This document shows positions 1-9,983 of a stretch of DNA of 64,000 bases, in pieces; position 1 is the stretch's first letter; each line of letters opens with the position of its first letter. The DNA is from Octopus sinensis (taxonomy: Eukaryota). The position numbers and the translations under genes were made by a program. The stretch lies in assembly GCF_006345805.1 (NCBI RefSeq), contig NC_043013.1, positions 9,486,001 through 9,550,000 on the forward strand. The letters are read 5' to 3'. Below the pieces are notes generated by a model. It was given only the letters and a program-made list of their open reading frames with translations. It was not told the origin of the DNA and ran no database searches.

Positions 1-485
1 AAAGCCAATATGAGAGTTTCTCTCGTGGTATCTACCGTTCAGAAAGAGCATCGACATTTAACTGGGGATCCCTGTGACGTTTTTGGTTTCTCGCATTTAT
101 TTTTGCTACTGTGTACGGCTTTAGATACACCGTCGATTAAGTTATTTAAAAGATTATATGACGGATTGATTCTCGTAGTAACAGACAGGAATCCTATTGA
201 GCGCGAAGAGTGGTGGTGGTTTTAACAGTAATCTTTCATCCAACTCCATGCTATGGGACCAGAATGTAAAGGTACGCACCTGTAATGAGGCCTCGGGAAC
301 CTTTTTAGTCAGAAGTGATCATTTTAAGATAAGTTGGTATTGTTTAGGTCCGGATAACAATTAGCGAGCAGAGCTATGATCAAAGACATTCCAGCTGTGT
401 CTAACCCAACTGGTATGTTTTTCTCCCAAACTACATTATCTGTTATCTTTATTTTCTTAAATACGGTTGTGCATATAGTTTGAAG

Positions 486-745
486 TGGAGGCACATGGTT
501 TAGTGGCTAGGGTGTCAGCACCATGATCGTAAGATTGTGGTTTCGATTCCTGGACCTGGCGACGCGTTGTGTTCTTGAGCAAAACACTTCATTTCACGTT
601 GCTCCAGTCCACTCAGCTGGCAAAAATGAGTAACGCTGCGATGGACTGGCGTCCCGTCCAGCTGGGGAACACATACGCCATAGAAACCGGGAAACCGGGC
701 CCATGAGCCTGGCTAGGCTTTAAAAGGGCGCATTTATTTATTATT
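486..745 (+). mobile_element. tRNA-derived SINE (head type 1, tail type X) with 13-bp TSD
   Basis: Pol III A/B-box-like head (TGGTTTAGTGG...GGTTTCGATTCC), tail GCTGCGATGGACTGGCGTCCCGTCCAGC...AAAAGGGCGCAT(TTA)n; flanking direct repeat ATATAGTTTGAAG at 473-485 and 746-758. Confidence 0.9.
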
Positions 746-754
746 ATATAGTTT

Positions 755-1012
755 GAAGATGATTTGGATGTTATTTTCTAGCGGGAATATGGCGAGCGAC
801 TGATTCTTAAGTAGATCTTTCACTTTCTTAAAGACGGCCTTGAGGGTGACTTGGCTGCTATTTTCCATCGGAAAGATGGTGAGCGACCGATTCTTGAGTA
901 GCTCTTTCACTTTCTTAAGGATAGTCTTGTATGTAATTTGAGGGTGATTTGGCTGCTATTTCCAGCGGGAAGGTGGCGAGCGACCGCTTGTGAAGTAGCA
1001 CTTTCATTAGGT
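755..1012. repeat. three diverged ~85-100-bp tandem units
   Basis: TTGG(A/C)TG(T/C)TATTTT...GG(C/T)GAGCGAC...AGTAG..CTTTCA recurs three times. Confidence 0.7.
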
Positions 1013-1294
1013 TGAGTGACCTATTTGGTAGTGGTAGTGCTGATGGCGGTTGTGGTGATGATGTTCATGGGGCGGTGTTGATCATAGTTTGAAGGACCAG
1101 AAATTGATGAATAAAAAAAAGGAGGCAAAAAAAAAAACCAACACAAAACTAAACAAAAAAACAAAGAAACTAAACAAAACAAAAGTTCATACGACTAAAA
1201 TATATACTCTACATAATAATTTCGTATCGATATACTTCTTCAAGTATGGTCCTTCTTCCTAGGGTATGTGTGTATGGATGTATGTGTGTGCATG

Positions 1295-1589
1295 CGTGCG
1301 TATATATATATTTATATATATATATATATATATATGTATGTTGATATATATATATGTGTGTTGTGTGTGAATGTGTGTGTGCGCGGATATCTATGCAAGT
1401 ACATATATGTGCGCGTGTATTTTTGTATATAAGCGCATAACCTTGATATCACACTGATATCAGCAAACGAACAATATCTTAAATCTTCTTGATGGATGCT
1501 TACCTTCTTTGTTTTATTTGTTTACTATATACATACATATTTTATGTATATGTATATGTATGTGTATATGTATATGTATATGATGTATG

Positions 1590-1670
<81 letters not shown>

Positions 1671-2462
1671 TTTGCTTTCACTTTACTACTTGTTCGATAT
1701 AGATCGATCAGTAAGGCGACATTACGTGTCCAGAAAAACGATACATAAAAATGTCTTATATTTATTCAATATCTCTTATTCCAGACCTTGTTATGGTGTA
1801 TATATATATATATATATATATATCGATGTAAAATATATAATGTATATATGTATATATGTATATGTATATATATATACATACACCACACAAACACACAGAT
1901 ATATATATATAATATATATATATATATTATATATATATGCATATATATATTATATATGTATATATATATGTGTGTGTGTGTATGTATGTATATATATATA
2001 TGTCTGTATGAATATATATATCTGTATTATATATATATAGTATATAAATACACACGCACACAAATATATATATATATAAAACAATAAATATATGCATGAA
2101 TATACATACATATATATATGCGCGCGTGTGTGTGTGTATACAGATTCACGCATATTCAAACGCGCTCTGAAGCGCACATTCATATGTAAATACATGCGCA
2201 TACGTAGCCCGCCTCATGTTGATATGGATAGAATTGTACGTAAAGTAATATAAGAGATATCCATGGAAAAAATATTTCTATGTGCGACTACATCTTTTCA
2301 TACAATACACCAATATCTTGTCACAATTATGCAGACACACACACCACACACACACACACACATGCGTGTGTATATGGACATATACAAAACGTACGAAGAC
2401 GCACATACGCATACTTATATATTTGTGTGTGTATATATATATATATAATATATATACATATA

Positions 2463-2534
<72 letters not shown>

Positions 2535-2766
2535 GTGTATATTATATATATATAATATTGTGTGTGTGTATGTATGTATGTGTATACATACACGCACGCA
2601 TACACACGCACACACATAATATATATATATAGACACACATATACATGCATAAGTACAGGATATATGCATATATATAAATATAAACATCCACAAGTATACA
2701 TACAAACATACATACATGCACACATACATATAAATATATACATATATATATATTATAGACGAACCC

Positions 2767-2802
<36 letters not shown>

Positions 2803-2940
2803 CACATACATATATATAGACATATACATATATATATATATATATACAGACATATATATATATACATAATATATATGTATATATATGTATACATATACAC
2901 ATATGTCTGTATATTGATTTATATATATATATATATTACA

Positions 2941-3014
<74 letters not shown>

Positions 3015-3100
3015 TATATATACATACATACAGATATATATGTACATATAATATATAAACACACCACACTACATACCAACATACACTCATACGTAGAGAA
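1295..3100. repeat. mosaic (TA)n/(TG)n/(CA)n microsatellite field
   Basis: Direct inspection; source of the YI/VC/HT-rich ORFs. Confidence 0.95.
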
Positions 3101-3119
3101 TTCACACCTGATAATTTAC

Positions 3120-3205
3120 CAACTTCCATGAATATAAAGGCGGCGCTTTTCTTGAAATTAATGGAAGGGTTTCAGTTGTTCTAAGACCAGGAAACGAACG
3201 GACGT
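3120..3205 (-). CDS. candidate 86-nt internal exon of an unidentified host gene: (D)[28 protein letters not shown]
   Basis: Minus strand: long T-rich tract ending TTTTTTATCAG, one open frame (phase 1 in, phase 0 out), donor TTG|GTAAAT; no homology recognised. Confidence 0.4.
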
Positions 3206-4065
3206 CTGATAAAAAAACAACAACAAAAATACAAAAAAAACAAAAAACAAAACAAAAAGTAGAATATAAAAAAAAAAACAGAATCCTCCTCCCGCCAAAA
3301 ATATAAAAAAAACAAAAACAAAATCGAATGACACTCAATATTAACCAAAAACAACAAGAATATGAAAGATAACATTAATACTAAGAGCTCTTATTTACCT
3401 CTGCTAAAAGTAAAAAAAAAAAAAACAATAAAAAAACAGAAGACAAATAAAAATAAAAAACAGTAAACGCAACAAAACACAATAATAATATAAAAACCGA
3501 AAAAATTCAGAATACCAAAAAAAACACCTCTGTATCTCCATACAAGAAGAGCAACAACAACGATGACGTCGGCGACAGCAATAATAACAACAACAAAAAC
3601 AACAACAACAACTATTATTTCGCTATCACGAACAAAGTCTGGCATAAACATCTCCTGTTACTTTTCCGATACCTACCCGTTTGCCTACCCGATTAACATA
3701 CACACACACACACACACATGGACATCACACCACATAGACACACAGAACACACACACAAAACACACGCACACACACACGCACACACACATATATATATATA
3801 TGTGATTACCTACCTAGACACATACAACATAACACACACACACATATATATATATACATATATATATTATACATATATATATCATATACATATATATATA
3901 CTATTACATATATATATATATAATACACACCACCACACACACACATATATATATATATACATTATACACACATATATAATATACATATATATAATATACA
4001 TATATATATATACATATATATATATACATATATATATATAACATATATATAACACACACACACAC

Positions 4066-4104
<39 letters not shown>

Positions 4105-4328
4105 TAGAAATATTAAAATAACTAAGTCTCTCTAAAAGAGAACAGCGGCGCGTTCCGGAAAATAATAGTTATCGCCATACTAATATGGCATTCTTATAAA
4201 AATAAGAAAAAAGCTGTCCGCTTATTAGCTCCATGAGGCCATCGCCTAAGTTAGCTATTTGATACACAAACTGTATCCATAAACCTTCGAACAAGGGAGG
4301 TCAGTCGCTCCACACTACTTGACCGGCA

Positions 4329-4370
4329 GCTACAGACGCGTTTCGGGGTATTGCCCCTTTTCAATGCAGC
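4329..4370 (-). ncRNA. minimal type I hammerhead-ribozyme motif (array copy 1)
   Basis: Reverse complement reads GCUGCA-UUGAAAA-GGGG-CAAUA-CCCC-GAAA-CGCG-UC-UGUAGC. Confidence 0.8.
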
Positions 4371-4927
4371 GTAGCCAGCCAGTAGGTGTCACTTCCGACA
4401 ATCTCTGTTCGATGGTTTTATTTACCTAGTTTCGGTGGAATACATCCACTTGTTTTCAATAATAGAAATATTAAAATAACTAAGTCTCTCTAAAAGAGAA
4501 CAGCGGCAGCGTTCCGGAAAATAATAGTTATCGCCATACTAATATGGCATTCTTATAAAAATAAGAAAAAAGCTGTCCGCTATTAGCTCCATGAGGCCAT
4601 CGCTTAAGTTAGCTATTTGATACACAAACTGTATCCATATAACCTTGTTCGAAGGTATAATGGATACAGTTTGTGTATCAAATAGCTAACTTAAGGCGAT
4701 GGCCTCATGGAGCTAATAAGCGGACGCTTTTTTCTTATTTTTATAAGAATGCCATATTAGTATGGCGATATCTATTATTTTCCGGGAACGCTGCCGCTGT
4801 CTCTTTTAGAGAGACTTAGTTATTTTAATATTTTATTATTGAAAACAAGTGGATGTATTCCACCGAAACTAGGTAAATAAAACCATCGAACAGAGATTGT
4901 CGGAAGCGACACCTACTGGCTGGCTAC

Positions 4928-4969
4928 GCTGCATTGAAAAGGGGCAATACCCCGAAACGCGTCTGTAGC
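4928..4969 (+). ncRNA. minimal type I hammerhead-ribozyme motif (array copy 2)
   Basis: Stem I GCUGCA/UGUAGC, core UUGAAAA (U3-A8 variant of CUGANGA), stem II GGGG/CCCC, GAAA, palindromic ACGCGU stem III, GUC cleavage triplet. Confidence 0.8.
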
Positions 4970-5282
4970 TGCCGGTCAGTAGTGTGGAGCGACTGACCTC
5001 CCTTGTTCGAAGGTTATAGGATACAGTTTGTGTATCAAATAGCTAACTTAAGGCGATGGCCTCATGGAGCTAATAAGCGGACAGCTTTTTTCTTATTTTT
5101 ATAAGAATGCCATATTAGTATGGCGATAACTATTATTTTCCGGGAACGCTGCCGCTGTTCTCTTTTAGAGAGACTAGTTATTTTATATTTCTATTATTGA
5201 AAACAAGTGGATGTATTCCACCGAAACTAGGTAAATAAACCATCGAACAGAGATGTCGGAAGCGACACCTACTGGCTGGTAC

Positions 5283-5324
5283 GCTGCATTGAAAAGGGGC
5301 AATACCCGAAAACGCGTCTGTAGC
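5283..5324 (+). ncRNA. hammerhead motif (array copy 3; CCC/GAAAA variant)
   Basis: Same motif with CCCGAAAAC instead of CCCCGAAAC. Confidence 0.7.
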
Positions 5325-5637
5325 TGCCGGTCAAGTAGTGTGGAGCGACTGACCTCCCTTGTTCGAAGGTTATATGGATACAGTTTGTGTATCAAATAGC
5401 TAACTTAAGGCGATGGCCTCATGGAGCTAATAAGGGACATTTTTTCTTATTTTTATAAGAATGCCATATTAGTATGGCGATAACTATTATTTTCCGGGAC
5501 CGCTGCCGCTGTTCTCTTTTAGAGAGACTTAGTTATTTTAATATTTCTATTATTGAAAACAAGTGGATGTATTCCACGAAACTAGGTAAATAAAACCATC
5601 GAACAGAGATTGTCGGAAGCGACACTACTGGCTGGCT

Positions 5638-5679
5638 ACTGCATTGAAAAGGGGCAATACCCCGAAACGCGTCTGTAGC
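5638..5679 (+). ncRNA. hammerhead motif (array copy 4)
   Basis: Same motif; 2-nt deletion shortens stem I to 5 bp. Confidence 0.75.
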
Positions 5680-5843
5680 TGCGGTCAAGTAGTGTGGAGC
5701 GACTGACCTCCCTTGTTCGAAGGTTATATGGATACAGTTTGTGTATCAAATAGCTAACTTAAGGCGATGGCCTCATGGAGCTAATAAGCGGACAGCTTTT
5801 TCTTATTTTTATAAGAATGCCATATTAGTATGGCGATAACTAT

Positions 5844-5875
<32 letters not shown>

Positions 5876-6079
5876 TTATGTTGTTATTTTTAATCCTGTC
5901 AACCACTTTGTACTTATTATCAATTTCAATTTCTAATAAATATTAGCTTTCGGTGTTCTTGAAGACTTGCCTGCAATTGATTACCTTTGGCTCTCTCTGA
6001 AGAAATAGTTTCAACTTTGAGCAATCTTCTGAAAACGACGTTTCTGTATAAACGTGTGTGTGTGTGTAGTATGATGTGA

Positions 6080-6162
<83 letters not shown>

Positions 6163-6237
6163 CTCTATCTATCTATAATATCTATCTATCTATCTATCTA
6201 TCTATCCATCTATCTATCTATCTATCTATCTATCTAT

Positions 6238-6530
6238 TTTTCTTCCTTTGTACGGCTACACCTCGAATACTCCTGCCCACTGTGGTCTCCCCATACAAGA
6301 CAAAACATCTCGAGGATTAATCACCCCAGAGAGCACTCACTAAACGAATGAAGGCATGGCTGCTCTCTATTATGGGATCGCCTTAAGCCTTGAAACTCTA
6401 CTCTCTCCAGCGTCGCCGTGAGCGGTACATCATTTGTACGATTGGGAGATATACCGTCAACTTTGCCCAAACGACCTGAACATTAGCTTCAAGGTTCATC
6501 AAGACGGACCACGGGCCATACGTCCCCTGT
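6238..6530 (+). mobile_element. CR1-group LINE RT C-terminal fragment, decayed
   Basis: FVRLHLEYSCPLWSPH...LYSLQRRRERYI, typical of post-RT region of CR1/L2-group LINEs. Confidence 0.8.
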
Positions 6531-6539
6531 CCAATTCAA

Positions 6540-7370
6540 CGTGAAACTGGTACAGCCTATTCTAAGGTTGGGTCGTCGGCAACTAAACCGGCGCTCCTAC
6601 CAGGCTTGCCTGCCGAGGAAGTTTGCTTGGAACCCAGCTGGGCTAAAAAAAAGTGCACGTCAACCGGACAGATGAATTCAGTGTAGAAATTCTAAGTTGG
6701 TGACCGGCGTGCTAGAAGACCATTGGGAGAAAGGTAAACCTCAGTTTTTGTTAAATCATGTCTCTAGGAATATGTGGAGGCCCAATGGCCCAGTGGTTAG
6801 GGCAGCGGACTCGCGGTCAGAGGATCGCGGTCTCAATTCCCAGACCGGGCGTTGTGTGTATTTATTGAGCGAGAACACCTAAAGTTCCATGAGGCTCCGA
6901 CAGGGGGTGGTGACGACCCTGTTGTACTCTTTTGCCCAAATTTTCTCTCACTCTTTCTTCCTGTTTCTTGAGTAACGCTGCGATGGACTGACGTCCCGTC
7001 CAGCTGGGGGGAACACATACGCCACAGAAACCGGGAAACCGGGCTCATGAGCCTGGCTAGGCTTGAAAAGGGCGCATAAATAAAAAATAAAAATGTCTCT
7101 AGGAATAAGTCATTCTGATATAAAATCGGATATGCAGGGAATGACATTGAACAATTTGTGGGTATTTTGCTTGCGATTAAGGCGCTCCACATTCCTAAGC
7201 CCGTGACCCGTATTGGAACTGGATATCTTGCCCTGGTTTGCTTCTGGAACATGTCAATAGACTGGAGTGGGTCTGTGAGGTATTATGCAAGCCTTAGTGC
7301 GTCTAAAAGTTTTTGAGACATTGCTTTGTCAGTGACGGTCATACTCATACCCAAGTCGACAGCCTTCACG
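6540..7370 (+). mobile_element. putative LINE (RTE-like) 5' region, split by a SINE
   Basis: 6541-6630 aligns with the reverse complement of 26270-26375; RTE assignment is by recall only. Confidence 0.4.
6773..7092 (+). mobile_element. tRNA-derived SINE (head type 2, tail type X) with 15-bp TSD
   Basis: Head GGAGGCCCAATGGCCCAGTGGTTAGGGCAGCGGACTCGCGG; TSD ATGTCTCTAGGAATA at 6758-6772 and 7093-7107. Confidence 0.92.
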
Positions 7371-7720
7371 TACGTATGCATGTATGTATGTATGTATGTA
7401 TGTATGTATGTATGTATGTATGTATGTATGTATGTATGTATGTATGTATGTATGTATGTATGCATGTATGTATGTCATTAGTCAGTTTTATTTCAAGATT
7501 TCATACCAATAGAGAGTCAGTTTCTAATCTAGATCCAAGACTCCTTCATTGGAATTTCAACATCAACAACAAGGTAATTTTGTACGCACATGTATGTATG
7601 TATGTATGTATGTATGTATGTATGTATGTATGTATGTATGTATGTATGTATGTATGTTTGTATGTATGTATGTATTGATGGATGTACGCATGTATGTTTG
7701 TATGTATGTATTTATGTATG
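7371..7720. repeat. (ATGT)n microsatellites
   Basis: Direct inspection. Confidence 0.95.
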
Positions 7721-7734
7721 TATAGTCATAAACC

Positions 7735-8035
7735 GAGACAGATGAGTGACAACTTGGCCACTGGTAGTGGTGTAACACACCATACTAATCATATCTGTCG
7801 GGCATATGGAAGAGAGTGTAATTCGGCAGGAGGACTTAAACGACTGCAAAGGTACATGAAGCCAGTTACAACTACAGCGGCTATTACCAGTAAAGGTTTT
7901 AGTTGCCAATTTTGTACAAGACTTTGTAGATCTTAGCTTGGGCTAAAAAGTCACATTCGATCACAGCACCAGTAACAGTTAAGCTTCGTGCAATGGCTAT
8001 ACTGGATAACGAGGGGGCAGCCATAATAATGTAAT
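7735..8035 (+). mobile_element. RTE-clade LINE 3' end
   Basis: HICRAYGRECNSAGGL...FSCQFCTRLCRS*LGLKSHIRSQH, the C-terminal C..C...S..GL.SH.R motif of RTE ORFs, then short 3' UTR and (TAATG) tail. Confidence 0.75.
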
Positions 8036-8199
8036 GTAATGTGTGTATGTATGTGTGTATGCATGTGTGTATGTATGTATGTATGTATGTATGTATGTAT
8101 GTACGTATGTATGTATGTATGTATGTATGTACGTACGTACGTACGTACATGTTCTCTTCTGATTTTAATTATTTAAATTTCATATGAGGAATGAGCTGG

Positions 8200-8358
8200 T
8201 TCGAACTCAGAACGTAGCGGCAGACGAAATACCTATTTCTTTACTACCCACAAGGGGCTAAACACATAAAGGACAAACAAGGACAGACAAACGGATTAAG
8301 TCGATTATATCGACCCCAGTGCGTAACTGATACTTATTTAATCAACCCCGAAAGGATG
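8200..8358 (-). mobile_element. SINE family C fragments abutting the gap
   Basis: Reverse complement of CATCCTTTCGGGG..GAT...GTACCAGT..GGGGTCGAT..AATCGACTTAATC tail plus a head piece. Confidence 0.85.
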
Positions 8359-8458
8359 NNNNNNNNNNNNNNNNNNNNNNNNNNNNNNNNNNNNNNNNNN
8401 NNNNNNNNNNNNNNNNNNNNNNNNNNNNNNNNNNNNNNNNNNNNNNNNNNNNNNNNNN
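8359..8458. other. assembly gap (100 N)
   Basis: Run of exactly 100 N, a typical placeholder of unknown true size. Confidence 0.99.
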
Positions 8459-9766
8459 AACAACTGGAAAAATCAAAAATCAATATCTTGTTATTCAATT
8501 TGTGGTAAGAACCATGCATGATGCTATGAAATCAATTCATATATGCAATCGAACTCCTTATACAGAATTTAAGTAAAATATTTATTAGTGCACCGATAAC
8601 TATAATCTTATCACAATATGATTTGAAATAACCAAAATAATTACAAATAGTTTTTGGCTTTCGTTTATTTACATGAAATAAAACTCTAGAATCTTCGATT
8701 TTGATTTATTTGAGAAATCCAGTTATTTAAAACAACCATTTAATTTTGTAATACCTATTAAACAAGATGCCTACATCTTAATAAATTATTTGAATTGTGT
8801 TTTTTTTTTAATTTTGTAATAGCTCACCACGAAACTGAATCAGAATATGTTTGTTATCTGAATGCAAAATCCAACACGTAAAATTGAAAAACAATTGTGA
8901 ATTCGAAGACATTACCAAATAAGAGATATTCACAAAAATTTATTAAATTTAGGAAACAAATTACTAGCGTTAGATTAAGAATGAAAAAAAAATGTAGAGG
9001 TTCAACAACATAAGTTGTATATAGTTAAGTAAAACACACGATGAACGGACACCTATTTTAAAAGAATTTTATATAATATAAAGTAAAGAAGAAAATGCAA
9101 ATATAGATGGGACATTTAATGAGAATGCAAGACAATTACCAATTCCGAAATCAAATCAAATCAAGTAAAATACAATAATATAAAACGCAATAAGTCAGAA
9201 TATAAATAGACAGAGGGAAAAATCAACAGACAAGACAGATTAATCAATATTATATTAGAGGAAGAGAAAAAAAAACAAACAAAACATATGATATTTGAAC
9301 AACAACGACAAAAAAAAATGATAAGAATTTAATAGAAAACTAAGGAACGCGACAATTAAATAGAAAGAGAAGAAGGGAAAAGAGAGGAATGGAAAGTAAA
9401 TACAAAAATGTTGGACTTCCGTTAAGTAGAAACGTCAATCAAAAAATAGAGAAGGAATAATGAATTAGACAGATTTTTCAAGATTTCAAACAAATAAACA
9501 AGACTAGATCAACCTGATATACAGATGAGATAGATGTCAGAGCAAATAGATAGACACAGAGAGAGTAATGCCACATACACACACAACACACACACACACA
9601 CACACATACACACACACACACACACATACACACACAGACACACACACACACACACAAACACGCACACACCACTCACGCGGCGACAATATTACTTATACTA
9701 GTATGTACGTGCGTATGTGCATTTCGTATATGTATGTATTTATATATGTATGTCTGTGTATATATA

Positions 9767-9828
<62 letters not shown>

Positions 9829-9933
9829 TATATAATATATATAATATATATATATTTATAGATAATATACATACATACCAACATATATATACCTATATAT
9901 ATATGTATATATATATATATAGGTATATATAAG

Positions 9934-9983
<50 letters not shown>

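Larger units (their letters stand above)
4101..5845. repeat. ~356-bp tandem unit, ~4.9 copies, head-to-head inverted array (PLE terminal-repeat/retrozyme-like)
   Basis: ATAATAGAAATATT recurs at 4101 and 4459; CCTTGTTCGAAGG recurs at 4643, 5001, 5357, 5711 (periods 358/356/354); orientation flips at ~4648. Confidence 0.95.

Noticed and set aside
154-279. Possible terminal minus-strand exon VRTFTFWSHS...NQSVI* after CATTACAG
   Set aside because: CAG|GTGCGT reads equally well as a donor, no frame gives a recognisable peptide, and the role is ambiguous
3399-3403. Possible 5-nt microexon (TTTTAG|CAGAG|GTAAAT, minus strand)
   Set aside because: Not frame-preserving and easily produced by chance in a T-rich tract; needs junction reads
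4101-5845. Array as a CRISPR array or centromeric satellite
   Set aside because: Units are full-length near-identical with no repeat-spacer alternation, the context is eukaryotic, copy number is low, and the internal inversion fits a retroelement terminus better
6773-6850. tRNA genes at SINE heads (also 486, 21674, 47228)
   Set aside because: A/B boxes are present, but there is no complete cloverleaf acceptor stem, they continue into SINE bodies, and they are flanked by TSDs
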